A stretch of DNA of 64,000 nt, from assembly GCA_963734545.1 (NCBI GenBank), contig CAVTHO010000007.1, forward strand, positions 768,001 to 832,000, written 5' to 3'. Origin of the DNA: an uncultured Spirochaetota bacterium. GTDB taxonomy: Bacteria > Spirochaetota > Spirochaetia > SZUA-6 > Fen-1364. The translations under genes and the position numbers were made by a program. The notes under the pieces were generated by a model. That model did not search any database and was not told the DNA's origin. It saw only the letters and a program-made list of their open reading frames with translations. Positions within the stretch are counted from its first letter, which is position 1, and every line of letters begins with the position of its first letter. This document shows, piece after piece, positions 10,305-20,127 of this stretch.

Positions 10305-11138
10305 TCAGCCGCGCCGCGGCGATCCGGCGTGCCGATCTGCGGGACGATTTGCCGGCGCGGCGCGCTGGCCAGCAGATCTTTCGACCCGGGGAGACTTCTC
10401 CGCCACCTGCATGCCTTCATAGGCGATGCGGGCGGCTTCCTGCTCGGCTTCCTTCTTGTTCTTGCCCTTGCCCGCGCCGAAGGATCGCTCACCGATATGC
10501 ACTTCGATCCAGAAGGTCCTGTCGTGGTCCGGGCCGGTCTTCTGCACGACGCGGTACTTCGGATAGGTCTTCATTCTCTTCTGCACGTGCTCTTGCAGCA
10601 GGGTCTTGTAGTCCTTGGCATGCCGGTTCTCGAGAACCTTGTTGATTTCCGGTATCAGCATCTGGTGCACGAACCGACCGGATGCCTGAAATCCCGAGTC
10701 CAGGTAGTACGCCCCGATGATTGCTTCGAGGCAATCCGCAAGGATGGCCTTCTTGGACCGGCCGCCCGAATACTCTTCCCCCTTGCCGATCAGGATATAG
10801 TTGTCCACGCGGAGACCGCGCGCGATCTCGGAGAGACTGGCCTCGCTGACGACGAAGCTCTTGATCCGGGCGAGCTCGCCCTCCGGCTGATCGGGAAGGG
10901 TCTCATAGAGATATTCACTCACGACGAGCCCCAGCACGGAGTCACCAAGAAACTCCAGGCGCTCATTGTTCTCGCCGGTTTCTCCGAGCTCGTTGGCGAA
11001 CGAACGATGCGTAAATGCCTGGTTGAGGAATTCCAGCTCCCGGAAACGGATCCCCGTATGCCGTTCGAAGAGCTGGAGCTCCCTCTTTCTCTCGGGCTTC
11101 AGCGTGATGGAAGGGGCGCGCTTGATTCTCTTGAACAA
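10305..11138 (-). CDS. rnc: Ribonuclease III
   Basis: NERLEFLGDSVL signature; dsRBD DYKTLLQE...GKNKKEAEQEAA. Confidence 0.97.
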   Translation of the reverse strand: MFKRIKRAPSITLKPERKRELQLFERHTGIRFRELEFLNQAFTHRSFANELGETGENNERLEFLGDSVLGLVVSEYLYETLPDQPEGELARIKSFVVSEASLSEIARGLRVDNYILIGKGEEYSGGRSKKAILADCLEAIIGAYYLDSGFQASGRFVHQMLIPEINKVLENRHAKDYKTLLQEHVQKRMKTYPKYRVVQKTGPDHDRTFWIEVHIGERSFGAGKGKNKKEAEQEAARIAYEGMQVAEKSPRVERSAGQRAAPANRPADRHAGSPRRG

Positions 11139-11145
11139 ATACTTC

Positions 11146-11385
11146 CTATTTCTTCACCTGGGATCTGATGTACTCGAGAGCGTCGCGCACCGTCTCGAAC
11201 TCGTTGGCCTTTTCATCCGGGATGCTGATGCCGAGCTCTTCCTCTATGGCGTACACGAGCTCGTATGTATCAAGGCTGTCCGCGCCAAGATCCTGCCGGA
11301 AGGAGCTGTCGAGCGTGATCTTGGATTCATCGATCTCAAGCCGGTCGGCGATCAATTTCTTCATTTTTTCAAACAGTTCGTCCAT
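11146..11385 (-). CDS. acpP: Acyl carrier protein
   Basis: DLGADSLD phosphopantetheine site; AGGAGG RBS. Confidence 0.96.
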   Translation of the reverse strand: MDELFEKMKKLIADRLEIDESKITLDSSFRQDLGADSLDTYELVYAIEEELGISIPDEKANEFETVRDALEYIRSQVKK

Positions 11386-11461
11386 ACAGTTCAACCTCCT
11401 ATGAAAATTATGTGTAAGAGTACGCGAGGGGGTGTTCCCTGGATGCGATCGTGAGCTCCGA

Positions 11462-11650
11462 TCACGCCATTTCCTCAGGTTTGAGAATCTGCTTTCCGCG
11501 ATAGAAACCGCATTTCGAGCAAACCCGATGCGGCATGACCCTGTTTCCGCAGTTGCTGCATTCGACGAGTGTGGGGACAGCGAGGCGCATGTTCGCAGAG
11601 CGGCGCCGACGCCCTCTCGCCCTCGATATTCTTCTCTTCGGCAAAGCCAT
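11462..11650 (-). CDS. rpmF: 50S ribosomal protein L32 (Zn-ribbon form)
   Basis: MALPKRRISRAR...CSNCG...PHRVCSKCGFY. Confidence 0.96.
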   Translation of the reverse strand: MALPKRRISRARGRRRRSANMRLAVPTLVECSNCGNRVMPHRVCSKCGFYRGKQILKPEEMA

Positions 11651-11718
11651 TTCAAGTCACCTCAAAGTGGAGTAGTCTCTCAAAGACAGGGAAAGCTACA
11701 CCGGATATGTCAGAAATG

Positions 11719-12261
11719 TCAAGGCGCCCGACCCGGCTCGGACCGTGATTGCGGAGCCGCTGCCTTGTGCGCGGAGCCCGGGCGCGGCCCGAGCTTGGCC
11801 TGCAGCGCTTTCGCCACGATCGGAGGCACCATTCCCGAGATGTCGCCGCCGAACCCCGCGATGTCCTTGATTGCCGAGGAACGGATCACGGAGTACTTCT
11901 GGTCGGTAGGGAGGAAGATGGTTTCGATCTTCGGATTGAGGGATCTGTTCATTACCGAGAGCTCGAACTCGTAGTCGAAATCCGCCAACGCCCTCACGCC
12001 GCGCACGATCACGTGCACACCGATCCTGTCCGCAAAGTCCACGATAAGTCCGTTCCAGGTGGAGACCGTGACGTTCGGCATGCCCTGGGCAAGCGCCGTC
12101 ATCATCCCCAGGCGCTCCTCCCCGCTGAAAAGGTAGGTCTTGCCCGGATTGACCGCAATGACCACTTCGACGGCATCGAAGAGCCGCGACGCCCGGCCAA
12201 GGATGTTGAGATGGCCGTTGGTGGGCGGATCGAAGGTTCCCGGCAGCAGCACCTTGAACAT
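11719..12261 (-). CDS. coaD: Phosphopantetheine adenylyltransferase
   Basis: PGTFDPPTNGH, RGVRALADFDYE and SSAIKD; real start MFKVLL. Confidence 0.95.
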   Translation of the reverse strand: MFKVLLPGTFDPPTNGHLNILGRASRLFDAVEVVIAVNPGKTYLFSGEERLGMMTALAQGMPNVTVSTWNGLIVDFADRIGVHVIVRGVRALADFDYEFELSVMNRSLNPKIETIFLPTDQKYSVIRSSAIKDIAGFGGDISGMVPPIVAKALQAKLGPRPGSAHKAAAPQSRSEPGRAP

Positions 12262-12306
12262 GGCCGGGAGAATAGCCGAGCTTTCGATCGGTAGCAAGGG
12301 GCGCCG

Positions 12307-12433
12307 TCCCTGTCTACGGGCTCGCTTTCGGCCATCCCTGCCCTCGCTCGCCCTCGAGGCTCTCGGTGTCCGCTTCGCGGACACCTGCCGCCCTTCGCGC
12401 GCCTCTAGCGCGCTACGCATCCCTGTCTACGGG
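12307..12433. repeat. Intergenic structured element bounded by 14-bp direct repeats TCCCTGTCTACGGG
   Basis: Repeats at 12307-12320 and 12420-12433; internal hairpins (GGTGTCCGC-TTC-GCGGACACC); 12318-12356 resembles 20497-20534. Confidence 0.75.
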
Positions 12434-12441
12434 AAAAATCT

Positions 12442-12470
12442 TTGACAAACCAAGTTCCGGCAGATAGAAT
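12442..12470 (+). promoter_or_regulatory. Sigma70-type promoter, probably giving a leaderless mRNA
   Basis: TTGACA-N17-TAGAAT; ATG follows 8 nt later with no SD. Confidence 0.8.
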
Positions 12471-12478
12471 TGAATGCA

Positions 12479-13030
12479 ATGAACGCGGGTGGATGGGCAC
12501 TTCTCATGCTCCTTTCCGCTGCCTTGGTGCTTGCATCCTGCGCGACGACGCCTCAGAAGGAAGCGCAGCTCGCGCCGCAGACGGTCGAGCCTCCGCCGAA
12601 CGCCGTCACGGAGCCCACCCCGCCGTCCGAATTCGTGGCAACCGAGGAGTTGTATAACAAGACATTCAATGAAGTGCAGGAGGTCATCGCCGAGTTGACG
12701 CGAATCATCGCGGAAGGGGACTACCCTCAGTGGCTGACCTACCTGACGACGGACTACGTGACGACGACCAGCAGCCCGGCATTCCTGAAGGAAGCATCCC
12801 AGGCGGGAGTTCTCAGGAAAAACGGCATTGTCCTGACGAGCCTCCAGGACTATTTCGACAATGTCGTGGTCCGCAGCCGGCTGCAGGCCAAACTGGAAGA
12901 TATCAATTTCGTGGACGAGACTCACGTGAAGGCCATTACGAGAATACAGGGCGCGCCTGTCATCCTTTATTATCTTGTGCAGGAGGATGGCCGATGGAAG
13001 GTCGGCATCCTGCCGAGCGAGGCAAAATGA
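12479..13030 (+). CDS. Lipoprotein, hypothetical
   Basis: Hydrophobic signal with lipobox LVLASC. Confidence 0.8.
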   Translation: MNAGGWALLMLLSAALVLASCATTPQKEAQLAPQTVEPPPNAVTEPTPPSEFVATEELYNKTFNEVQEVIAELTRIIAEGDYPQWLTYLTTDYVTTTSSPAFLKEASQAGVLRKNGIVLTSLQDYFDNVVVRSRLQAKLEDINFVDETHVKAITRIQGAPVILYYLVQEDGRWKVGILPSEAK

Positions 13031-13812
13031 CCAGAGAGAACGGGAGCAGAAACATGCGCACTACATCACACGCGCGGCACGCCGTGCACGCAATATCGCC
13101 CAGGGCCGCCCTCATCGGACTGGCATTCCTCGTGGGAGTGGCGTTCCAGGTTCCGGCCCAGCAGGCCGCCCCCGCGGCCCCCAAGCAGGAAATCACCATC
13201 GAGGAGCTCTTTCTCAAGAGCGTCGAGCTGCAGATCCTCCGTGAGAAAGCATTCTCAGAGGACTACGAAATCAAGATGAGCGCGCTCGATGACCTGGACA
13301 AGAAGATCGCCGACGGCTCGTACGCCGCGAACGACCAGCAGGTGGAATTCATGCTGGAATACCTGGCCCTCGAAGGCTCGGCCCGGACCACCCGTGAAGC
13401 CGGACGACTGGTGAACAACTTCCCCGAGGTGCGGCGCCGGGCAGCGAACATGCTGGGCCGCATCGGCACGGAACAGGCGAAGGAAGCGCTGGTGAGGGTA
13501 ATCGTCATCGACGAGGAGCCCATGGTAAAGGCGGAGGCGGCGTACGGGCTGGGGTTGATCGGCAAGAACCCCAACAACCAGGTTGTCCAGGCGCTGATCT
13601 TCGCATACAACCAGGAAGATCCCACGAAACCGGACAATAACTTCGGCTACGCACTGTGCCTCGCGGTGGAGAAGCTTGCCCAGAAAACCCCGGGCGGCTT
13701 GAAGGATCCGGCCGCCTACCAGTTGCTCGTCAGGATTGCACAGGGACAATACCTGCGCACGGTGAAGACGAAGGCGCTGCAGGTCCTCGATGTCCTGAAG
13801 GCGTCGAAATAG
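13027..13812 (+). CDS. Exported HEAT-repeat protein
   Basis: Signal peptide; PEVRRRAANMLGRIG and PMVKAEAAYGLG repeats; ATGA overlap with the upstream gene. Confidence 0.82.
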   Translation: MTRENGSRNMRTTSHARHAVHAISPRAALIGLAFLVGVAFQVPAQQAAPAAPKQEITIEELFLKSVELQILREKAFSEDYEIKMSALDDLDKKIADGSYAANDQQVEFMLEYLALEGSARTTREAGRLVNNFPEVRRRAANMLGRIGTEQAKEALVRVIVIDEEPMVKAEAAYGLGLIGKNPNNQVVQALIFAYNQEDPTKPDNNFGYALCLAVEKLAQKTPGGLKDPAAYQLLVRIAQGQYLRTVKTKALQVLDVLKASK

Positions 13813-13848
13813 CGCCCTGATGCCTCGACGGCCGGGTCTCGCCCGCTC

Positions 13849-14394
13849 TCAGTCTTCAGTGGTCGGCCGCGCCGTGGAGGTGCGGATATCGTCCATGACC
13901 TCCTCCAGCCATTGGTTTTCCGCCTCGAGGTGAATGATCCCTTTGCGGATGATGGCCTGAAGGTAGTAGTCGATCTCGTCTCTCAATGAAATGAGCGTCC
14001 GCTGGAAGCTGTCCTTCTGGAGCACCGTCTTTTTCTGCTGGCTCTTCAGGTAGTCCAGCACCTTGTCAGGGGAGAGCTTGCTGAAGAAGAGGAACCTCAG
14101 GGTGAACTCGTCTTTCACCTTGTACGTGCTCCTCAGTGGTTTCAGGAGCCATTCGTCCAGTTTCTTTCGACCCTTTTCCGTGATCGAATAGATGTTCTTC
14201 TCCGCCGCCTTTTTTCCGGGCTCTGTCTTTTTCGTCACCCAGCTCAGCTCTGAGAGCCGGCGCAGTGTGGGATACAGCTGGCCGTAGGAGACGGACCATA
14301 CGTTTCCCAGCGCACCCTCGAATTGTCTTTTGATCTCGTAACCGTACTTGGGGCTCTCTGCGAGCAACCCCAGCAGGGCAAACTTCAGCGACAT
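13849..14394 (-). CDS. PadR-family transcriptional regulator
   Basis: LLGLLAESPKYGYEIKR...GQLYPTLRRL...YSITEKG. Confidence 0.92.
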   Translation of the reverse strand: MSLKFALLGLLAESPKYGYEIKRQFEGALGNVWSVSYGQLYPTLRRLSELSWVTKKTEPGKKAAEKNIYSITEKGRKKLDEWLLKPLRSTYKVKDEFTLRFLFFSKLSPDKVLDYLKSQQKKTVLQKDSFQRTLISLRDEIDYYLQAIIRKGIIHLEAENQWLEEVMDDIRTSTARPTTED

Positions 14395-14561
14395 CTCACT
14401 CTCCCCACACCCGGCGTGCGCCCTTTGCATGCAGGCGCTGCTGCGGAGCAGATACTACCACGGATGCATGTTTTTTCAAACGAGATGCGGGCAGCAGCCG
14501 CCCACACGGTACTCCGTGTGATTTCGGCCCGCACGCACCTCCGTGTGATTGAGCAAAAGGG

Positions 14562-15089
14562 TCAACACAGGATCTGAAGAGGCTTCTTCCACTCTTGAGG
14601 AAACTCTTTCTCCTCGTACTGAATGCGCTTTTTGATGACGAACTTGCTCGGTCCCCCGGGGGGTCGGAACTCGAGGATTCCGAAGCTCCCTGCCCCGAGA
14701 TAACACAGCTTCTCCTGCGGCGCGATTTCCGTGGAATCGCGCAGCTCGCGCACGATACAGTCGAAATGAGCAGGCTGCCGCGAGGCGCGATGCGTCAGGG
14801 CGGAAGCAAGCTCGCGCACCGGCTTGCCGCAGATGGGGCAATCAGGAGCGGGAAGGACCTGCGGGGGGCGCGCGGGGCGATGCTCGGCGGCTCTTCCCGG
14901 CGCGCCTTTGCCCTGCGGGGACTGGCGGAGATCACGACGCGGACCCCCGCGGCGTGACCCGGCCTGCTCCTTTTCCTGAGGATCGCGCTCTCCCTGCTGT
15001 CCGGGGGACTGCGGTCCACCCGGCTCGGTCCCCGCCGGCGGACGGTGCCTGCGCCGGCTGTTGCGCCGTCTGAAACTCCGCGAGCTCAT
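14562..15089 (-). CDS. Conserved spirochete protein with putative Zn-binding CPICG...HFDC
   Basis: Basic disordered N-terminus; CPICGKPV, HFDC and YLGAGSFG. Confidence 0.75.
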   Translation of the reverse strand: MSSRSFRRRNSRRRHRPPAGTEPGGPQSPGQQGERDPQEKEQAGSRRGGPRRDLRQSPQGKGAPGRAAEHRPARPPQVLPAPDCPICGKPVRELASALTHRASRQPAHFDCIVRELRDSTEIAPQEKLCYLGAGSFGILEFRPPGGPSKFVIKKRIQYEEKEFPQEWKKPLQILC

Positions 15090-15230
15090 CTACGACTCCC
15101 CATGTTCGAGGTTTCTGGTCAGGTCCTGCGCGATCTTCTGGATGGCCTGCAGGAGGTAGTCTTCATTGTGTATCTTGATCTTCAGCTCGGCCAGTTTCTT
15201 GGGATCGGTCTTCTTGGCAATCCGTACCAT
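15090..15230 (-). CDS. 46-aa microprotein, FlgM C-terminal-like
   Basis: MVRIAKKTDPKKLAELKIKIHNEDYLLQAIQKIAQDLTRNLEHGES. TGATG overlap with yraN; its TAG abuts the next ATG. Confidence 0.7.
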   Translation of the reverse strand: MVRIAKKTDPKKLAELKIKIHNEDYLLQAIQKIAQDLTRNLEHGES

Positions 15231-15607
15231 CAGTCGATCCCCCCGTTGAATGCGTTCTCGATATGCCTGATGCGCGATGTACCGGCATCAATGAACACGA
15301 TATCGAAGCGCAGTCGCATTTCGGCGAGACCCGGCCGCCGGCTCAGATAGTAGCGGGCGGTGCGGACGATCCTCTCCTGCTTGCGCCGATCGATTGCATA
15401 CTCGAGCTCCGCCTCCGGCAGGGCCGCCCAGGCCTTCACTTCGACGAACGCCACCTCGCCGCCCTTTTCCGCGATGATGTCGATCTCCCCCGAAGGGGCT
15501 CGGAAATTTCGTTCCCTCACGACCCAGCCTGTATCCGCAAGATAGGAGGCCGCTCTTTCCTCACCGGCCGCACCCCTGCTCTTTGTCGACCCTGCCGGTT
15601 TGGTCAT
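15230..15607 (-). CDS. yraN: YraN family endonuclease-like protein
   Basis: GAAGEERAA, RNFR...GEIDII, FVEVK, RFD and HIENAF. Confidence 0.93.
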   Translation of the reverse strand: MTKPAGSTKSRGAAGEERAASYLADTGWVVRERNFRAPSGEIDIIAEKGGEVAFVEVKAWAALPEAELEYAIDRRKQERIVRTARYYLSRRPGLAEMRLRFDIVFIDAGTSRIRHIENAFNGGID

Positions 15608-16845
15608 TTCGCCACCGTACCGCGCTCGTGCGGAACGGGTACTCCCGTACCTTGCGCGGTATCCCGCGCAGTTGGTGGATTGAGAGCGCCGGCGCCTTGG
15701 ACAGGGGCAAGGGCTTTCGCATCCACGGCCTTCACGATGAATGTGCCCTTTTTCGCCAGCAGGTCGATGACTTCCCGCTCGCCGAGCTTGTTGCCGTATT
15801 CGTCGATGATCAGCTCAACCGTCGGCCGCAGCGGCGCCTCCGAGTGCGTCTGCACCACTCGCCCGATTGCCGAGCTGTTGAGCTGGACGATGCTGCCGAT
15901 CGGGTAGATGCCCATGCTTTCGAGGAAAACCTTGAGGATCTTTGGATCGAAGTGCCGCCCGTTGTCCGCCAGCACGTTCTTCATGGCGGTGTAGCCGATC
16001 ATCGAGTTGCGATGCGGACGATTGTTGATCATGGCGATGTAGGAATCCGCCACCGCGACGATGCGCGCGGCCAGGTTGATGTCTTCCCCTTTTAGCTTGC
16101 GCGGGTAGCCCTGTCCGTCCCAGCGCTCATGGTGCTGGAGAGCGATGATGCCGATCTCTTCGGGGTACTTCAGGTCCTTTGCAATCACCCGGTAGGAATG
16201 AATGGGGTGCGTGCGGATCTGGTTCAGCTCCTCCGGCGTGAGCTTCTCTTTCTTCTGGAGGATGGTTTTGGGCACCTTCACCATTCCCACGTCGTGCAGG
16301 AGCGCCCCGGTCGCCAGCTGAATGAGGCGGTGGCTGGAGAACTTCAGGAGCGTGCCCATGATCGTGGAGAGGATCGTGACGTTGATGACGCCCGCGGCAA
16401 TCTTGCGCTCAATTCTGATCCCCATGAGAATGAGCTGGATCATCTCGTTCTTCCCGTCCTTGATCCGATCCAGCAGCAGGTTCACCGTGTCGTCGACATC
16501 CGCCCTGACCAGGTCCTCTCCCTGGGCAACGCTGCTGGCGATGTGCTCGTACGCGTCGATTGCGCGCAGGTAGGCATCGATGTTGCGCTTGTCCCCCGAC
16601 AGCTCGAAGCCGTCTTCCGCTTCGGCGGGCTGCCCGGAGGCGGGCCGCGCGGCGGCGGGTGTCTGCGATTCCTCGATCAGGGAGCCATCGGTACGCACCT
16701 CCGCGATCTCCCAGCGCACGAGCCGCTCGATGTCCTTCTGTCGGATGGGGATGCCGGGCGGCACGAAGACGTTGTCCCCGTCCATGTACACCGGTTTGTC
16801 GAACTTCATGCCGTCGTGCAGGTCACTGGTGCGTATGCTCTTCAT
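15604..16845 (-). CDS. HD-GYP domain c-di-GMP phosphodiesterase
   Basis: LLHDVG and HHERWDGQGYP motifs. Confidence 0.92.
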   Translation of the reverse strand: MKSIRTSDLHDGMKFDKPVYMDGDNVFVPPGIPIRQKDIERLVRWEIAEVRTDGSLIEESQTPAAARPASGQPAEAEDGFELSGDKRNIDAYLRAIDAYEHIASSVAQGEDLVRADVDDTVNLLLDRIKDGKNEMIQLILMGIRIERKIAAGVINVTILSTIMGTLLKFSSHRLIQLATGALLHDVGMVKVPKTILQKKEKLTPEELNQIRTHPIHSYRVIAKDLKYPEEIGIIALQHHERWDGQGYPRKLKGEDINLAARIVAVADSYIAMINNRPHRNSMIGYTAMKNVLADNGRHFDPKILKVFLESMGIYPIGSIVQLNSSAIGRVVQTHSEAPLRPTVELIIDEYGNKLGEREVIDLLAKKGTFIVKAVDAKALAPVQGAGALNPPTARDTAQGTGVPVPHERGTVAK

Positions 16846-17102
16846 TTTTCGATTCTCAGGCTGCGCACGAACACGAGGATCTCCGCGATCACCCCGTAGA
16901 GGCTTTCCGGTATCAGCGTATTCACGTCAAGCTGGATGAGCGACTCCGCAAGCTCGGGATCGGCCACGAGCGTCACACCGCTTTCCCGCGCGATGCGCTT
17001 GATCGCCTCCGCCAATGGTCCCCTCCCTGAGGCCAGAACAATGGGCGCGGGAAGGTCGTCCGAGTACTGGAGGGCGACTGCCGTGTCCGCCTGCGCCTTC
17101 AT
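16842..17102 (-). CDS. FlhB C-terminal-like (EscU/YscU/HrcU switch) protein
   Basis: AVALQY...APIVLASGRG..AEAI...IPESLYGVIAEIL. Confidence 0.88.
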   Translation of the reverse strand: MKAQADTAVALQYSDDLPAPIVLASGRGPLAEAIKRIARESGVTLVADPELAESLIQLDVNTLIPESLYGVIAEILVFVRSLRIEK

Positions 17103-17105
17103 TTC

Positions 17106-18098
17106 CTACCCCACTGTATCGACGCTCGGGAGGATCATGCCCTCCTCGGCAGGGGAAAAACCGTCGAACGCTTCCCCCTTATTGATAATATCGTCAACTT
17201 CCAATCCCATGTTATGGAATTTTGACCGCAGGCTGTCCAGTCCCCTCTGGGCGGCGCGTCTCAGGCGCTCATTGCTGCAATAGATCGCAAGCTTCCCCTG
17301 GCGCGCGCGGAGGGGAAGATGGAAGCTGATATCCTCCGTCGAAAGCGTGAAGGCGAGCGGCCGCGACTGGAAGGGATCGAAGAGTATCTTCATCGTTCCC
17401 GCGATACGCTGGCTCCCCGATGTGAAAACGAACGGGATGATCACCCAGGACTGCGATTTTGCCCGGATATGGTTGTAGGCCTGCAGCGCGGATGGTCGGG
17501 CGACCAGGTCTCCCGGCAGGCCGGCAGCGAACTCTTTGACCGCGCGCGGGGTGTCCGGGAGCTGTCTCCCGCGGTAGCGCCGGTGGTCCTCCCCGCCCCT
17601 TTCTCCGAAACCGAGCACGGGGAGCAATGCGCGCGCGCCCGGGCACGCCGGGTCTATTCCGCGATCCACCACGGTGGCGGCAATCCGCGCCGCCTTGCGC
17701 GTGTCCATTCCCGAACGCGCAATGAGCGCCCGGACTTTCTGTATTGTCTCGGCGACAATGGGCAATCCGCTGCGCGCGAGAGCCTGCGCGATCACCTCCG
17801 CATCGCCGCCGGCCGGCAGCCCCTGCCGTACGAGCGCGGCGCGGACGGCGTCCGGCACCTCTTCGGTCACCGCCAGGAACAGCTTGCCTTCCGCGGCGCT
17901 GACGCGCGCGCGAAGAAGCTGCCCGACCTGCAGCGGGAGCTCGGAAAAGGCGGGAAACACCTGACCCTTGATGGCCACCGCCCACTTGGCGCCTTCGAGA
18001 TGCTTGATGACACTCACGGAGACGGACTGGCCCGGCCGCAGGTCCATGTCATGCGCCGCTGCGATCCGTATGGAGCCCCTGATCGGGTCCGGCGTCAT
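17106..18098 (-). CDS. Hypothetical protein (position suggests a FliK-like partner of the FlhB-like gene)
   Basis: Open frame between rplS and the FlhB-like gene; start MTPDPIRG inferred. Confidence 0.6.
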   Translation of the reverse strand: MTPDPIRGSIRIAAAHDMDLRPGQSVSVSVIKHLEGAKWAVAIKGQVFPAFSELPLQVGQLLRARVSAAEGKLFLAVTEEVPDAVRAALVRQGLPAGGDAEVIAQALARSGLPIVAETIQKVRALIARSGMDTRKAARIAATVVDRGIDPACPGARALLPVLGFGERGGEDHRRYRGRQLPDTPRAVKEFAAGLPGDLVARPSALQAYNHIRAKSQSWVIIPFVFTSGSQRIAGTMKILFDPFQSRPLAFTLSTEDISFHLPLRARQGKLAIYCSNERLRRAAQRGLDSLRSKFHNMGLEVDDIINKGEAFDGFSPAEEGMILPSVDTVG

Positions 18099-18153
18099 GG
18101 GCGCGCTTCCAATTCCGCGGAGTACCGCGGAAGGCGTACGCGCCGCTCGAGGG

Positions 18154-18576
18154 TCAGGTGGTCTCCTTGACTTCCACGGCCGCAGTGTCCGTCTCTTCCG
18201 CCGTGCCGGTCTCGGGAACCTTCTCGCGCTTGCGATGGATGAGCTCCTGGACCTTGGCCGCCTTGCCCGACCGGCCGCGCAGGTAGTACAGCTTCGCGCG
18301 CCGAATGCGCCCCTCGCGCACACGGACGACCTTGGCGATTTTGGGGGAGTGGATGGGGAAGATTCTTTCCACGCCGACTCCATAGCTTATCTTGCGCACG
18401 GTAAAGGTCTTGCGCAGGCCGTCGCGCTTCATCGCAATCACGATGCCTTCGAAGACCTGCACGCGCTCGGTTTTTCCTTCGATGATCTTGAAGTGCACCT
18501 TTACCGTATCGCCGATGCGGAACTCCTCGGCGTTCTCTTTCATCTGTTCCGCCTCAAGGGCCTTCATCATGTCCAT
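18154..18576 (-). CDS. rplS: 50S ribosomal protein L19
   Basis: [25 protein letters not shown] and RRAKLYYLR. Confidence 0.98.
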   Translation of the reverse strand: MDMMKALEAEQMKENAEEFRIGDTVKVHFKIIEGKTERVQVFEGIVIAMKRDGLRKTFTVRKISYGVGVERIFPIHSPKIAKVVRVREGRIRRAKLYYLRGRSGKAAKVQELIHRKREKVPETGTAEETDTAAVEVKETT

Positions 18577-19303
18577 CGTCGTCTCCTTCTTTCCTGACCT
18601 GCCTCAAGAGCTCCTTCGCCTCCTCCGGGAGGGCATCCGAATCCAGGAGCTCCGGGCGGAGCTTCTTCGTCTTCTCTATGCTCTTCACTAGCCGCCACTG
18701 GCGGATTTTCTCATGGTGCCCCGAGAGAAGGATTTCCGGCACGCGCATACCGCGAAATACTTCAGGCCTCGTGTAGTGAGGGTACTCGAGAAGGCCCGCC
18801 GAAAAGCTTTCCTCCTCCAGCGACTCCCCCGTGATCACGCCCGGGACCAGCCGCGCCAGCGAATCCACCACCGCCATCGCCGCCACCTCTCCCCCGGAAA
18901 GCACGTAGTCACCGACGGAAATCTCGTCCGTCACGAACGCGTCGATGATCCTCTGGTCGATCCCCTCGTACCTCCCGCAGAGGAGCGTGAGGGCCGGCTC
19001 GCGCGCAAGATCTTCAGCCACCTTCTGCGTCAGCAGCCTGCCGGCAGGAGTGAGATAGACGATCCTCCCGCCCGACGCGCCCGTTGCCTCCAGGGCGGCG
19101 GCTATCGGCTCCGGCTTCATCACCATCCCCGGTCCGCCGCCATAGGCGGCGTCGTCGCAGACATGATGCCTGTCCACGGCGAAATCCCTGATGTCGATCA
19201 GGCGGATCGCCACGAGCCCGCGGGCAATGGCGCGCGCCAGAATCGAGCTCTCCAGAAAACCCTGGAAAAGACCGGGAAAAAGGGTGAGAATCGTTATTGT
19301 CAC
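18554..19303 (-). CDS. trmD: tRNA (guanine-N1)-methyltransferase
   Basis: [30 protein letters not shown] and YPHYTRP. Confidence 0.98.
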   Translation of the reverse strand: MTITILTLFPGLFQGFLESSILARAIARGLVAIRLIDIRDFAVDRHHVCDDAAYGGGPGMVMKPEPIAAALEATGASGGRIVYLTPAGRLLTQKVAEDLAREPALTLLCGRYEGIDQRIIDAFVTDEISVGDYVLSGGEVAAMAVVDSLARLVPGVITGESLEEESFSAGLLEYPHYTRPEVFRGMRVPEILLSGHHEKIRQWRLVKSIEKTKKLRPELLDSDALPEEAKELLRQVRKEGDDDGHDEGP

Positions 19304-19806
19304 CTGACGATCTCATCCTCTTTCAGGAAAATCTTCCTCTTCTCCAGCTGCACGTCCCCGATAAAGTGATCGATGAAGGGCACCAGGAAGGTCCGTCCCG
19401 CCTTGCCCTGCACCTCGAGGAACTCCGATGCCCCCCCTTCCCATACCGAGCGCACGCTCCCGATCTCCTCCTCGCCGAACCAGAGGCTGCAGAGACAGAG
19501 ATCGGCCGCATAGTATTCTCCGTCCAGGAGCCGGGCTGCCTGCTGCCGCGGCACCCAGATCTCGTAGCCGACATAGCGGCGCGCCTGCTCCGGTGACTCG
19601 ATGCCGGTGATCTTCAGGATGACACCGGGAGGCTGGGGCCGCACGGAATCCAGCCGGAGCCTCGTCTCCTCACGCCCCTTTCGAAAAAGCGCCTCGCGGA
19701 GCGCCAGGATGTGGTCGGAATGGCCAGAATAGCTCTTTACCTTGAGCTCTCCCCCCACTCCATGGGTGCCTGTCACAACGCCCACCGTAAGAAGTTCTTC
19801 AGCCAT
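19300..19806 (-). CDS. rimM: Ribosome maturation factor RimM
   Basis: GTHGVGGELKV, GEYYAADL and LVPF; synteny. Confidence 0.95.
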   Translation of the reverse strand: MAEELLTVGVVTGTHGVGGELKVKSYSGHSDHILALREALFRKGREETRLRLDSVRPQPPGVILKITGIESPEQARRYVGYEIWVPRQQAARLLDGEYYAADLCLCSLWFGEEEIGSVRSVWEGGASEFLEVQGKAGRTFLVPFIDHFIGDVQLEKRKIFLKEDEIVR

Positions 19807-19869
19807 GGATTGTGAATTGGCTTCCCCGTGCCCGACCGCCGCGCAACCGCCTCCGCGCGGGCCGCTTCG

Positions 19870-20103
19870 TCAATCCAGGATCTCGAGCACCACCCGCTTG
19901 CCCGACTTCGTCGAGGCAGCGCTGAGCAGCGTCCGGACCGCCTTTGCAATGCGGCCGTGCTTCCCGATCACTTTGCCGATGTCGCTCTCCGAGACCTTCA
20001 GCTCGAGGATCGTGGATTTTTCCCCTTCAATCACGTTCACAACTACGCCCGTCGGGTCATCCACGAGGGTTTTCGCAATGTATTCGACAAGATCCTTTTC
20101 CAC
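19870..20103 (-). CDS. khpA: KH-domain RNA-binding protein
   Basis: DIGKVIGKHGRIAKAVR; lies between rpsP and rimM. Confidence 0.93.
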   Translation of the reverse strand: MEKDLVEYIAKTLVDDPTGVVVNVIEGEKSTILELKVSESDIGKVIGKHGRIAKAVRTLLSAASTKSGKRVVLEILD

Positions 20104-20127
20104 GGATCTCTCCTTTCGCGGTGCCCC

